A stretch of DNA of 61,550 bases, the filler included. It is 5 parts of 5 records of this genome, joined end to end, with 100 filler letters (N's around TTAATTAATTAA, not from the genome) between each part and the next. Parts side by side here need not be neighbours in the genome. Positions count along the whole stretch, not along the records: positions 35,715 to 45,938 come from SRR2962707_4867; positions 46,039 to 54,355 come from SRR2962707_4868; 3 more parts are not named here. One strand, given 5' to 3'. Of the stretch, positions 40,436-52,400 are shown piece after piece. Made by a program: the position numbers and the translations under genes. Every line of letters starts with the position of its first letter. The stretch's first letter is position 1. The notes beneath the pieces were generated by a model. That model worked only from the letters and a program-made list of their open reading frames with translations, ran no database searches and was not told the DNA's origin.

Positions 40436-41836
40436 TCAATTAGCGGCGTCCTGCAATCTGGCAAGGCTTTCATCACGGCCCAAAACCAGCAACATATCAA
40501 ATACCGATGGGGTCGCAGCCCGACCAGCAAGGGCCGACCGCAATGGTCCGGCCAGTTTGCCAAATTTGGTATCATGTGCGGCGGCAAAGCCGTTCAGCGC
40601 GTCTTCCAGCGTTTCTCGGACCCAGTTAACATTCTGCAACTGCGACGTCAATTCTCTCAGTATACCACGGGATACATCATCTAGATTCTTGGCTGCCTTT
40701 TCATCCGGAACGATTGGGCGGCTGGCCAAGACAAACTCAGCTTTTTCAAGGAGTTCAGGGAAGGTTTTCGCGCGCTCCTTAAGGCAATACATCGCCCGTT
40801 CCAGCCCATCACCTTGTTGCGATGTCAGCGCAGGAAGGCTGGCAGCAGCGAGATAGGCCTCGATCTCTTTCCGCAATGCAGCATCATCGCTGACGGCAAT
40901 GTGCTGCCCGCAGATGTTTTCCAGCTTTTTCAGGTCAAACTGGGCGGGGCTTTTGCGGATACCATCCAGATCGAACCATTCTTTTGCCTGCGCGTCGGTG
41001 AAAAATTCGTCGTCACCGTGGCTCCAGCCCAGGCGGGCAAGATAGTTGCGCATACCGGCGGCAGGATAGCCCATCGCCTGATATTCCTGTGCGCCCAAGG
41101 CACCGTGACGTTTCGACAGTTTCTTGCCGTCTGAGCCGTGGATCAGGGGAATATGCGCCCAGACCGGCACGTCCCATCCCATCGCGTTATAGATCATCAT
41201 CTGGCGCGCGGCATTGTTGAGGTGGTCATCCCCGCGGATCACATGGGTCACACCCATATCATGGTCATCGACGACAACAGCCAGCATATAGACGGGCGTA
41301 CCATCGGAACGTAACAAAACCATGTCATCCAGCTGGTCATTGCCGATCTTAACATCGCCCTGCACGCGGTCACGAATGATCGTCTCACCGCTTTGCGGGG
41401 CTTTGATGCGCACGACGTAAGGCGCGTCAGGGTAGGTGGCAGGTTCGGCATCGCGCCATGGCGAATGATACAGGGTGCTGCGGCCTTCGGCCTTTGCTGC
41501 GTCGCGGAATTCGGCGATTTCTTCTTGGGTGGCAAAGCATTTATAGGCCTTGCCAGCCGCAAGAAGTTCAAGCGCGACTTCGGCGTGACGCGGTGCATTG
41601 TCGAACTGGCTGACCACATCGCCGTCGTGATCCAGCCCAAGCCACGCCATCCCTTGCAAGATCGCATCGGTGGCTTCGGGCGTATAACGCACGCGGTCCG
41701 TGTCTTCGATCCGGAGCAGGAATTTGCCGCCACGGCCCCGCGCATAAAGCCAGCTAAACAGGGCCGTGCGCGCCCCGCCAATATGCAGATAGCCGGTCGG
41801 CGATGGGGCGAAACGGGTGACGACAGGCTGTGTCAT
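40436..41836 (-). CDS. gltX: Glutamate--tRNA ligase
   Basis: [29 protein letters not shown] and KLSKR motifs. Confidence 0.98.
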   Translation of the reverse strand: MTQPVVTRFAPSPTGYLHIGGARTALFSWLYARGRGGKFLLRIEDTDRVRYTPEATDAILQGMAWLGLDHDGDVVSQFDNAPRHAEVALELLAAGKAYKCFATQEEIAEFRDAAKAEGRSTLYHSPWRDAEPATYPDAPYVVRIKAPQSGETIIRDRVQGDVKIGNDQLDDMVLLRSDGTPVYMLAVVVDDHDMGVTHVIRGDDHLNNAARQMMIYNAMGWDVPVWAHIPLIHGSDGKKLSKRHGALGAQEYQAMGYPAAGMRNYLARLGWSHGDDEFFTDAQAKEWFDLDGIRKSPAQFDLKKLENICGQHIAVSDDAALRKEIEAYLAAASLPALTSQQGDGLERAMYCLKERAKTFPELLEKAEFVLASRPIVPDEKAAKNLDDVSRGILRELTSQLQNVNWVRETLEDALNGFAAAHDTKFGKLAGPLRSALAGRAATPSVFDMLLVLGRDESLARLQDAAN

Positions 41837-41961
41837 GTGCGGCGTCCTTTCAGAAGAAATGGCACGGATACCCCTTTGGGTTGGGGACCGTTTATCTTTT
41901 GCTAACCATGCTGCGGCTAGCGTCAGGGTCTATCTATCCAGTGCAGGGATCGGGGGCAAGT

Positions 41962-43995
41962 ATGGGCCTGATGCAAGGTCTATCGCTGATGATGTTACAG
42001 CAGCGCGGGCATCTGTTTGCGTGGGTTCCCGTCTGCCTTGCCTGCGGTATTGGCTGCTATTTCATGCTTAGGGTCGAACCGGGGCTGCCTGTCCTGATCG
42101 GGCTGATCGCGGGGGCGGGTGTCTTGATCTGGACACAGCGGTTTCTACCCGAAGGGGTCAGCCCCGTCGTAGTGGCCTGTGCCTTGGGGATGATCGGGTT
42201 TGATCTGGCCGCGTTGCGCGCCCATGCGGTGGGCGGGCCGGTCTTGGGCTGGCGCTATTACGGTGCGATCGAAGGACGTATTGTCGGGATTGACCGCAGC
42301 CAGTCGGACGCATTGCGGCTTACGCTAGACCGCGTCGTATTGGAAAGGGTTTCCCGCGACCGCACCCCAACGCGGGTACGGGTATCGCTGCACGGGGATC
42401 AAAGCCACAGCATTGCGGCAGAGCCGGGATTGCGGGTGATGACAACGGGGCATTTATCGCCCCCCAGTGGCCCGGTTGAACCCAGCGGTTTTGATTTTCA
42501 ACGCCATGCGTGGTTCGCGCGGCTTGGCGCTGTGGGCTATACCCGCAACCCGATGTTGGGCGTCGCCGCAGCATCGCAGGGTCGCGCCGATCTGGTGGTT
42601 TTGCGGGTGCGCATGGCTGCATCTGAACGGGTGCAGGCGGCCCTTGCAGGGGATATTGGCGGGTTTGCGACAGCGATCACAACGGGGGATCGCAGTGCGA
42701 TCAGTCAAACCGCATTATTCGATCTGCGCGCCAGCAATCTCGCGCATCTGCTGGCGATTTCCGGCCTGCACATGGGGTTGCTGAGCGCAGTCGTCTTTGG
42801 CGCGCTACGGCTGGTGCTCAGCCTGATCCCATGGGTTGCCTTGCGCTGGCCGACGCGCAGTATCGCGGCGGCAGGGGCCTTGATTGCGGCAACGGGGTAT
42901 CTTGCGCTGTCGGGCGGTAACGTGGCGACCGAACGAGCCTTTGTGATGGTTGCCGTGGCTTTGGGGGCGCTCATGCTGGGGCGGCGCGCGCTGAGCCTGC
43001 GGGCCGTTGCCATTGCCGCGACAATCGTTTTGACCCTTAGGCCAGAGGCGTTGATGGGGCCGGGGTTTCAGATGTCCTTTGCGGCGACCACGGCGTTGGT
43101 GGCCGTCTTTGGCTGGCTGCGCGAGGCTGATCTGTCACTGGGGCCGAAATGGCTCGCTCCGGCGGTCGCGACCTTTATCTCATCGGCCGTTGCGGGGGGC
43201 TTTACCGCGCCGGTGGGGGCGGCGCATTTCAATTCGATTGCGCATTTCGGGTTGGTTGCGAACCTGTTGTCGGTGCCCTTGATGGGCCTGCTGGTTATGC
43301 CAGCGGCGGTTGCTGCGTTGGTCGTAGCCCCCTTCGGGTTGGATCATTTGCCCTTGTGGATCATGGGGCTAGGCCTGCGCTGGATCTTGGCGGTGGCGGC
43401 ATTCGTTGCCGATCTTGACGGTGCGCAGGGGCATGTCAAAGGGCCGGGTGTGTGGGTGTTACCCATGATGGCGCTTGGGTTCTTGTGGCTGTTGTTGTGG
43501 CAGGGGCGGCTGCGTTTTGCGGGGCTTGCGGTCGTGGCTGCCGCATTCGTCCTTTGGCATCAGGCGGCGCGGCCCACCGTCTTGATTGCGGATACGGGCA
43601 ATCTGGTTGGCGTCATGACCACCCAAGGCCGCGCGCTGAGCAAGGCCAAAGGGGCAGGTTTTGTCGCCCGAAACTGGCTGGAAAATGACGGGGACGGTGC
43701 TGAACAAGAGTATGCTGCCGCGCGGTGGGGCCCAAATATGCGTATCGCGGGCCAAGACATCATCCACCTGTCCGGTAAACGCGCGGTCGCGGCCTTTGCT
43801 GGATGCACGGCGGGGCAGATCGTTGTGTCATCGGTTGAGATTGATCGCCACATCGGTGATTGCCTGATCCTTGACCCGACCGACCTGCGCAAGACCGGCG
43901 CAATTGCCATGTACTCCAACAACGGTCAGCTTAACATGCAAACGGCCCGCCAATTGGCGGGCACGCGGCTTTGGACGCAATGGCCAGACATGTGA
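41962..43995 (+). CDS. comEC: ComEC/Rec2 competence DNA channel
   Basis: HLLAISGLHMG, ATERAFVM and GFQMSFAAT motifs; probable ATG at 41962. Confidence 0.93.
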   Translation: MGLMQGLSLMMLQQRGHLFAWVPVCLACGIGCYFMLRVEPGLPVLIGLIAGAGVLIWTQRFLPEGVSPVVVACALGMIGFDLAALRAHAVGGPVLGWRYYGAIEGRIVGIDRSQSDALRLTLDRVVLERVSRDRTPTRVRVSLHGDQSHSIAAEPGLRVMTTGHLSPPSGPVEPSGFDFQRHAWFARLGAVGYTRNPMLGVAAASQGRADLVVLRVRMAASERVQAALAGDIGGFATAITTGDRSAISQTALFDLRASNLAHLLAISGLHMGLLSAVVFGALRLVLSLIPWVALRWPTRSIAAAGALIAATGYLALSGGNVATERAFVMVAVALGALMLGRRALSLRAVAIAATIVLTLRPEALMGPGFQMSFAATTALVAVFGWLREADLSLGPKWLAPAVATFISSAVAGGFTAPVGAAHFNSIAHFGLVANLLSVPLMGLLVMPAAVAALVVAPFGLDHLPLWIMGLGLRWILAVAAFVADLDGAQGHVKGPGVWVLPMMALGFLWLLLWQGRLRFAGLAVVAAAFVLWHQAARPTVLIADTGNLVGVMTTQGRALSKAKGAGFVARNWLENDGDGAEQEYAAARWGPNMRIAGQDIIHLSGKRAVAAFAGCTAGQIVVSSVEIDRHIGDCLILDPTDLRKTGAIAMYSNNGQLNMQTARQLAGTRLWTQWPDM

Positions 43996-44014
43996 TCTGG
44001 CCAATGCATTCCGA

Positions 44015-44713
44015 TTAATATGTGCGGATCAAACCCACCAAACGCCCCTGAACCTTGACCATATCCGACGGGAACACCCGCGTTTCATAGGCCGGGTTCG
44101 CCGCCTCAAGCGCGATTGAACTGCCGTGGCGCTTGAAGGTCTTGAGCGTTGCCTCGTGATCCTCGACCAGAGCGACCACAATATCACCGTCATCCGCGAC
44201 AGATGTTTCGCGGATCACGACCACATCACCGTCATTGATTCCCGCCTCGATCATCGAATCGCCTTTAACCTCAAGGGCATAGTGTTCGCCACTGCCGCTG
44301 ATCATGTTCCCCGGCACGGCCACCGAATGTGTCATGGTGGTGATCGCCTCGATCGGGACACCGGCAGCGATCCGGCCCATCATCGGGATATCTGTTGACG
44401 ATCCGGACACCGATTGCGCGGCGGCGGGGGGCGGGCTATCGGGGCGATCGCCATCAATGACGCGGGGCGTAAACCCGGGCTTTGGCATACCGCCCATGCT
44501 ATCTGGTAATTTTACCACCTCGATGGCGCGGGCGCGGTGGGCCAGACGGCGGATAAATCCGCGTTCCTCGAGGGCCGTAATCAGACGGTGGATGCCGGAT
44601 TTCGATCGCAGGTCCAATGCTTCTTTCATCTCGTCAAAGCTGGGCGGCACCCCATCGCGCTGTACACGCTTGTGAATGAAAGCCAGCAGGTCGAGTTGTT
44701 TTTTCGTCAGCAT
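44015..44713 (-). CDS. lexA: SOS repressor LexA
   Basis: PPSFDEMK, cleavage site IAAGVP, catalytic GDSM and ATLK. Confidence 0.98.
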   Translation of the reverse strand: MLTKKQLDLLAFIHKRVQRDGVPPSFDEMKEALDLRSKSGIHRLITALEERGFIRRLAHRARAIEVVKLPDSMGGMPKPGFTPRVIDGDRPDSPPPAAAQSVSGSSTDIPMMGRIAAGVPIEAITTMTHSVAVPGNMISGSGEHYALEVKGDSMIEAGINDGDVVVIRETSVADDGDIVVALVEDHEATLKTFKRHGSSIALEAANPAYETRVFPSDMVKVQGRLVGLIRTY

Positions 44714-44746
44714 CCGAACATTCCCTGAGATTATTGGTTTGGGTTT

Positions 44747-44775
44747 GTTCTAGTGATGTTCTTGTTTTGTGTCAA
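44747..44775 (-). promoter_or_regulatory. lexA promoter with an alphaproteobacterial SOS box
   Basis: GTTC-TAGTGAT-GTTC at 44747-44761 (GTTC-N7-GTTC); minus-strand TTGACA (44775-44770)-N17-TAGAAC (44752-44747). Confidence 0.85.
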
Positions 44776-44777
44776 CG

Positions 44778-45938
44778 CTACAGCGCGATACAGTCCATCA
44801 TATCGCCAGATTGCCGCGCCGGATCACCTGCCGGCCGGATCATCAGCACATCGGCCTGCGCCAAAACGCTGAGCAACGAACTGTCTTGATTGTTCTCGGG
44901 GTGGACAGCACCGTCGGTGACCAAGGCCCGCATATAATGTGCGCGCGGCCCACCTTGGGGTAAATCCACGGCCAAGGGCAGGGACAGGCGGGGGGCAGGT
45001 AGCGCGGGCAGGCCCAGCATTTTGCGCACCACCGGTGCCACAAACACCACGCCGCAGACCATGGCAGACACCGGGTTGCCGGGCAGGCCGATCATCGGTG
45101 TTTCGCCCAGTTTGCCCGCCATCAGAGGTTTGCCGGGCCGCATTGCGACCTTATAAAACGATTGCTCCATGCCCATTTCGGCAGCAACGGGGGCAACCAG
45201 ATCATGATCCCCGACGGACGCCCCGCCAATGGTAATGATTAAATCGGCCCCTTGGGCGATCTTGAACGCTTGGGTCAGCGAGGGCACGGTATCGCGGGCA
45301 ATCGGGACCATCCGGCATTGCGCGCCCAGTTGTTCCAGCATGGCAGCAAGACCAAAGGTATTGGACGCGATTATCTGGTCAGGTCCGGGCGTCTCACCCG
45401 GCTGCACCAACTCATCCCCCGTTGCGATAATCGCGATCTGGGGGGCGATGTGAACGGGCACTTCGGCAATATTCATCGCGGCCAGCAAGGCGATATCGGC
45501 GGGGCGCAAGATGCGTGGCGCATCCATCACATCGCCAGCTTTGAAATCACCGCCTGCCGGGCGGATGTTGGTTTTACCGTCGATGTCATGCCCAAGCATC
45601 AAAAGATCGCCGCGTCGGGTCGTATCCTCTTGAATAACAACGAAATCGGCCCCGTCGGGGATGGGGGCACCGGTAAAGATACGCACGGCCTGACCGGGTT
45701 TTACGATCCCGTCAAAACGGTGCCCGGCAGCGGCTTCGCCGATCACCTTGAACATGGCATCGGGTTCAACCTCGGCCCGGTGCAAGGCGTAACCATCCAT
45801 CGACGACGCATCAAACGGCGGCTGCGATCTGTTGGCGGTGACGTTTTCCGCCAACACACGCCCCACCGCATGGCGCAAGCCAACCTTCTCAACTCCCATG
45901 GGGGCGACAAGATCAAACAGATTTGACAGGGCGTCTTC
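44778..45938 (-). CDS. moeA: Molybdopterin molybdenumtransferase (a few N-terminal residues missing)
   Basis: PPFDASSMDGYA, RIFTGAPIP, TGDEL, GGASVGDHD, RPGKP and LPGNPVS motifs; frame open to the contig edge. Confidence 0.96.
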   Translation of the reverse strand, partial: EDALSNLFDLVAPMGVEKVGLRHAVGRVLAENVTANRSQPPFDASSMDGYALHRAEVEPDAMFKVIGEAAAGHRFDGIVKPGQAVRIFTGAPIPDGADFVVIQEDTTRRGDLLMLGHDIDGKTNIRPAGGDFKAGDVMDAPRILRPADIALLAAMNIAEVPVHIAPQIAIIATGDELVQPGETPGPDQIIASNTFGLAAMLEQLGAQCRMVPIARDTVPSLTQAFKIAQGADLIITIGGASVGDHDLVAPVAAEMGMEQSFYKVAMRPGKPLMAGKLGETPMIGLPGNPVSAMVCGVVFVAPVVRKMLGLPALPAPRLSLPLAVDLPQGGPRAHYMRALVTDGAVHPENNQDSSLLSVLAQADVLMIRPAGDPARQSGDMMDCIAL

Positions 45939-46038
45939 NNNNNNNNNNNNNNNNNNNNNNNNNNNNNNNNNNNNNNNNNNNNTTAATTAATTAANNNNNN
46001 NNNNNNNNNNNNNNNNNNNNNNNNNNNNNNNNNNNNNN
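45939..46038. other. Artificial contig spacer
   Basis: N44-TTAATTAATTAA-N44. Confidence 0.99.
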
Positions 46039-46198
46039 AGAGAGAGTCTCAAGAGAGAGAGAGAGTGTGTGTGAGTGTCCTCGTCCTCCTCGCCCTCCTT
46101 TTCCGCCTCGTCCTGGTCTTCCTCCTGGTCTTCCTCCTGGTCCTCCTCTTCCTCCTCGTCCTGGTCCTCCTGCACTTTTTTTTTTCTTTTTCTTTTTC
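46039..46198. repeat. Simple repeats: (AG)n, (TG)n, TCC-rich units of about 12 bp, and T tracts
   Basis: agagagag, gtgtgtgt, repeated tcctggtcttcc, ttttttttt. Confidence 0.85.
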
Positions 46199-46460
46199 TG
46201 TCGCTGTCTCTCGCTCTATTCAGTCTGCACGTTTTGTTGGGGCCGCGCAACCACAGTGTTGTTGGTGACGTCGCTCGGTCTGCACCCACACGGCCTGGTC
46301 CACGTGGACCGGTCGGTCGGTTGCTCAGTCAGGCTGTCAGTCCGTTAGCCTTTGACTGCAGGCGGCCTGCCGCATATATGGTGTCTGTCGTCGCAAGGCC
46401 GTGACGGCGGTAGCGGCGGTGGTGGTGTGGCCCCGTTGCCTTTCTTTTTTTTGTGTTGGC

Positions 46461-49400
46461 ATGACGACTCTGTGTGGTCCCTCTTCCCTTGTCTGGACGC
46501 CCAGGCCTACGCGCACGCGGGCCAGGGGGTCGCGGCCGATGCGGACCATGACCGTTGCAGTGACGGTATGCGCTTTGCTGGCGCTCTGCTCGTTTGTTAC
46601 GACAGGTGCTGCTGCTTTAGCTGCCGGGATCTCTGCGGACCCCACCAACTACGGCTACGGCTACCGCACCGGTGACGTCGGAAACTCCAGCAACTCCAGC
46701 CGACAACAAGATGGAACCTACCGCGAGACCATGGAGGAACTCTCTGCGTTGCGGGCCAACCAAAGCGCTTGCAGCAAGGAACTTACGGCAGCGGAAATAC
46801 ACAACTTGACTTTGCACCAAGTGTTGCAAAAGCGAGCACACTACAGCCCAGCTGCAGGTGCGCAGGTAACAGTGCCTCCTTCCAGCGTGACTGTCGCTGG
46901 GATTGTGCCCAGCTCCAACTTGTCAGAGTCCGCCTCGAAGACTTCCCTTGATGACCTGCGGCAGCTCGCTGCCGACGCTGATGCCCGCGTGCGCAGCGCG
47001 GCAACTGCGCTGCAGCAAAGCACGGCCATGCTGGAGGCCAGAGAGGCCAGCCGTATGAATCTGGGGCCTCTCACACTGGCGCAACACGCACTCCTGGCCA
47101 ACCACCTTGCGGAAGAGGCAGCGCTTGCTGAAATGCAGCTGGCGTTCATCGAGCCTGTGGCCAGGTTCGTTGACGCAGCCGCTGCCACACTTTCGGCGGA
47201 TCTTGTTGCCGTGGAAGATTTGTTGCGCTCGTTCGCCGGCCTGCAATCCGAGCTGGATTCGTTCCCCTCCGTCCTTGCGGCAAGTGGTGCTGGCATTGAA
47301 ATAAGTGGCAGTAGCCCTGCTCCCACTGAAATCGTCCAGAGAAGCAATGTTCTGGCTGCCAGCAGCGGCGGTGGCGACAGCGGCAACACGTCTAACAAAA
47401 TCAACAGCTCCACCAACAACGCCAGTGAGAGCGACCCTGCCCAACAGGCGTCCAGCGCCAGCGCCAACAGATCTGTCGCGCTTTGGAGCCAAAATCGCCG
47501 CAATTTGTTCTTCGCTCAGCGCAGCGCCCTGGACTTGCACCGCAATTTGTTGCAGTGGGCCTCGAAATTCTCGCACCACCGTTGCACCCTGGACGTTGTC
47601 GTTCGCTCTTTTCAGCGCACTGTGCAGTTCCGAATGCAGGAACTTTCACGACTCTCAGCCATTCTTGATGGACCGCAGCTTGCTCGTCAAGTGCATGCAG
47701 GCTCACTCCTTGCCGCAGGTGCCGCCTCATCACTGAGCCTTGCTGTGCCCGCAGACGCCGAGGAAGCTGGCGCGCACACCGCGTCCGTCACCCGAGTTCT
47801 GAGCGGATACCGGCGGCTGTTCAACGTGTCAACGGCGCGCACACTCCACAGCTTCCAGGTGGCTTTGGCTCCGCTTGTCGGCCTGGCAGCATGCCTTCCC
47901 AACTCACCAGCCACAGAGTCCGGAAAGGCTTTGAGTGTTGCCGCGACGGTTTCATTCCTGGAAGAGCGTGAAACTGCGACGTCAGATGCAGAGTTGGCTG
48001 CGTGGGCCATCCGGCCAAAATCAGCGCCCAGGCCGTCCGCCAAGAACAAACCGCCGAGTGCACCGGCTAGCAGCTCGCCCAAAACGGCAAAACCTCCAAA
48101 GCTCCCCCTGCCAAGCCGCACACCGAAGCATGGCAATGCCTCACCATCAAAAGTTCCCATCACGCACAATGCCCGGACCTCAACCAGTGCCCACGTCGCG
48201 TACTCCTCGCATGCTGCGCATGGGGGGGCAACAAAAACGGTTCACACGAGCGGAAAGTCTCCGCTGCGGTCATCGCTGCCGTCTGACTTGCCGAAACAAG
48301 TGCACAGCAGCACTGCGAACGTAAGTGCGGCACTAGGGGGCAATCGCAACATGCCGCCGAAGGATCGCAACATGCCGCCGAAGGGCCCAACGCTTGACGA
48401 CGCACTTCAAGAGTTGCTGGCGGTGAACTTTTCGTCAGATAGCGTTCGAACCCTGACGCTCCCCAAGAGACCAGACCTGGTGGAAAAACTGTCTGGCGCC
48501 CAACGCAGTGTCGCACAAACGTCTGTTGTCGCTGCGAGGATAGCAACGCAGCTGACTGACGCTGTCCTGCCCATTGAGCAGTACACGCGTCGCGTGGACG
48601 AGTTGGCGGACGAGACAGCAAGAGCCGTGAAAGACCAACGTTCCACTCTGGAGCGACTTTTGTCAGATATTCGCGGGCGACTTGGGGGCCTTGTGGCAAA
48701 TGCGCGGCAAGCAGTGGTCCCGTTTCAAAGCGAGGGGGTGGACATCAACCCAATGGCCTCGATACGCGCGGAGATTGTGCGCCTGGGAGGCCAGCTTAGG
48801 CAAGAGCGGGCCACTGCAGAGTTGCTGGGGCACTCGCAAACAAGACTTGCAAGTGCATTGAAATTTCAGACGGATCTGCAGGACCGTTTGGTGTGCTCTG
48901 CCAACTCTAGTGCACGTGCAGCGTCTGATTCTGCCACCGCCCTGAGCTCTGTCGTTGTGGAGGCTGAAGCCTCGTCCAAAATCGCGCGGATGGTATCGTC
49001 ACGGGCTGCTAACTCGGGATTGCTGCTCAGCTCCGCGTCTGTATTCGATCAAACAAAAGGTCCTGGCCTCGAGGATAGGCAGACCCCAAGTGGCGCGTCT
49101 GTTCCGTCTTCCAGCGATTCAGTGTCTGCACTACAGCGCAAGGTGAAACAAGCTATGCATTTTGTAAGCTCTGCCCTCGCACAATACAGGTCAGATGCCT
49201 TGGCTGCCCTGACAACAGCTGGAGCAAGCTTGCGAACCTCACAAGAAGTTAGCCACAACATTCTCAAGCTGGACACGACCATCGCAGACGTGCTCGCTGA
49301 GTTTGAAGCGCAGAGGCAGGCCAATGTGTCGACCAGCGCTGAAGCCCGACAACACCATATCGGGAACGCGCTCCGCAAGCGTCGCGTGGAACGGGTTCTG

Positions 49401-52400
49401 GGAGCGCCAGTTGTTCAAGACCAGGTTGTTGACACCGAAATCGCGGATCCGACAAATGCCACTGATGGCCCCAGACACCAACACCGTATGGATGATGTTG
49501 CCTGGGGTAGCATTCTTGACAGCATTGACTTTTTGCGCTCAGCGGCGTCCGAACTCACCAGCCGCGCGCTCGGCCTGTACGAGCTTCAGCGAGTGCATTG
49601 CCATACACTCGCCGGGGCCATGGGTTTCTTCGCCGAAGCTGAACAGGTCGAGGGCGTGTCTGACGAGTCCATGCGGCGTGCTGTGGACTATTTGAATCGA
49701 ACTGCTTCTGTGTCAACACCGCATTTACCCCCATGGAATACCTCTTCGCGCCCGTTGCAGTCGGCTGTGGCCGTCGTGTTGGCGAGCGGTGCCAGTGCTG
49801 ACGGCACGGCGTTGATCCAAAACACCCTTCGCGAGTGTTCCACCGCGTTGCCGCTGATATTTTACCACCTGAATCTGTCAATGGTGTACAGAGTCAAAGA
49901 TACGGCGCCACCTTCAACTGGTTTCAGTGAGGATGTGGTCCGGAGCGCGGTGAACCGCACGGCTGCCCTCAGTGGTATCTTGGGCCAAGCTGCCCTCGCG
50001 GACGTGCTGAAATTGCTGACTTCCTCGCACGAGGAAGTCTCCCGCACAATCGGGGAAATTGAACGCGTCTTCTCCCAAGCATTGGAGGATGCACTGCAAA
50101 CTCAAGCGTTGCGCGCAAAGGCCGACGCCGTCAAAATCCGTTTTGCCAAAATCCTAGGCGCTGATGCTGCGATCCGCGCGAGTGTTGGGAGTACTGTGAT
50201 AAAACCAGTTCTCAGTGCTCCGGAGACGTCTCTGTTTGATGCCTCTCTGATTTTGGCGATGCAGGAAGACGCTGGTACCGGCGGGTTTGTGGAGCGGGCG
50301 TCGGCCACTGTGGTGGACGTTGTCAAATTCAGCCAACGATTTGTGCATGACGCCATTTCTGCTTTCAGTGACGCTAAAAGCACCGCAACAGCCTTGCACA
50401 GCACCTCGTCACCGGCGGCCATGCAACTTGAAGTTGCAAGCGGTCTCCGAACAGCAACTGCCCATGCCATGCTGCGAGATGTGAGCGCAATTGCATCAAA
50501 AAACGAGTCATTGCAACATCTTGCGGTGTCGGCACGAACAGCCGCCCAAAATTTGCGGCTCCTGGACGACATGCAACAAATGTTTGAGCCGGTTATTGAG
50601 AACATTTCGCGGGCTGTGCATCGCGTGTCTGAACCTGTCCTCGACAGGCCAGATACAAAATCTGCTGCTGGTGGCTCAGTCAATGCGTCCCTGGTCGTGC
50701 TTGGAAAATGCCATGCTGTTAGCGTGCTTGACCACTTTCTAACACCAGCGTTGGCCAGGTTCGATGCTGTTCGAAACCAGGCACGCACCACGCATGATCT
50801 GTTCAGTTCGGCTCTGACAGACATTCAGAAAAGGCTTACAGCTCATGCAACCACGCTGGAGATGAAAATCTCCAATGCTCGAGAAGAGGCGCTTCGAGCT
50901 AAAGTTGTGCTTGATCAGTTGGCTCGGAGTCAAAGTGATTCATGCGCTTCAGTGCAAGTTTTTCGCGCGGCCATTGCTTCTCCGAACCCTCCTCTGTCGT
51001 CCGGGACAGCGTTGAGTCCTGAATCAACAGTGCTTCAGTTGGCCATGCAAAGCGGTGTCGGCGCGCGAGCCGGTGTCAATCGACACTTAAAATTGATCGA
51101 GTCGCATCGCTGTGCTGATTCGCACTTTGGTCTCGCGGCCCAGGTTCAGGAGTACAAACTAAAAAAGCTCGGGCTTGAAGAGTTGGTCTCTCAGCAAACG
51201 GCTTTAACCGCTGTCACCTCCCGAGCCATATCGACAATCAACGAGTTGATGAAGCTCGACATGTTCGAGCAGGCAAACCTTTCGTCATCAGCCTTCTCCG
51301 TTGGGAGCGGGATGATGGGGTCCCTTGAATCACTTCGAGGCTTCTGCTCCAACGAACCAATAGGTGTGCCATTGCGCAGCACCTTGGCACAGTCTGTCCC
51401 TCTCAAAACATTAGTTGAAGACGTCGGGGTTTTTTCTAGAGAAGCTCGTCTGTCGCTCTTCGAGGGCAGCGTGGTCCGGAATGCAAACTTTGAACAGCTC
51501 TTCAAACAGCTGGCTCAAATAGACGCCGATATTGTTGGGCCCATTGCCGCTGGAAGTTCGCCTCATGCTTCAAGCCTCCGTATGTCCTCTCGTCTGAAGG
51601 GAGTTCTGGAGTCACGAGACTCCTTTGAAGGCCTTCGACGCAAGCTTTCAATCGACTTGGATCACCTTCAGCTCGCCTGCGCCCTGTCGGCTGAGTACGT
51701 TGTGTTTGTCGACAACCTAGTGCTGACAGCGTCGATAAATTCGGCACGTGCGGTTGCGCGAGCCGAGCGAGAGTCAGCACACCATATCCAGAGGACTGTT
51801 GGAACACAAATTTTCACCCTCGTGTCAAACATTGGGAAAGCCAACGCGCAGACTCGCAACTTGTTGCAAACCATTCAACTGGAACATGCAGTGCCGATCG
51901 TCGACGAGCTTGAACGCAACGAGTACTTCGATGCCATCGATGCGCGCTGTGACTCTCTTGCAGATGGTCTCTTGTACTTGCTGAACGACCACGGCGGCTC
52001 GAACCATGCCAACGTGCTGGCGACATCCATCATGACATTGTCGGGCCTTTGGTCCGAGGCAACTGCGTCAGCCAAAGCAGCAATGCATATTTTGACTGCG
52101 CAAATCCAGAACTTGCAGCGAAATGAGAAGTTGCTGTCTGACAGAGTGCACACAGCTCAAACACAAGAGATGCAGTCCCTTCGATTTTTGTCCTCGGCAG
52201 TCGGACCTGCTTTGAGTTTGCTCAACGATACTCAACTGTCTGCACTCTTTGGAAATGATACATCAGTCAACCTTGACCATGTTCATTTGCTCGTTTCCGA
52301 ACTGCGCGAACGGATGGGGATGCTGAAAGTGGTCGTGTCTCAGCTCGAGCGTGCAAGTGCCGCCTTGCGCGACCACTACAATGCAGCAGTCGCTGCCGCT

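Noticed and set aside
41962-44713. comEC and lexA as part of one GTA/capsule system with the DUF2793 gene
   Set aside because: They are on a different contig, and gltA-gltX-comEC-lexA-moeA is an ordinary conserved alphaproteobacterial arrangement
45987-46404. Acidic, Pro-rich or Ser-rich short ORFs at the start of contig 4
   Set aside because: Translations of simple TCC/AG repeats that are open in several frames and partly run into the N spacer
48321-48326. GTAAGT donor consensus inside the giant ORF
   Set aside because: The frame stays open with coding-like composition and no nearby pyrimidine-rich acceptor; probably chance
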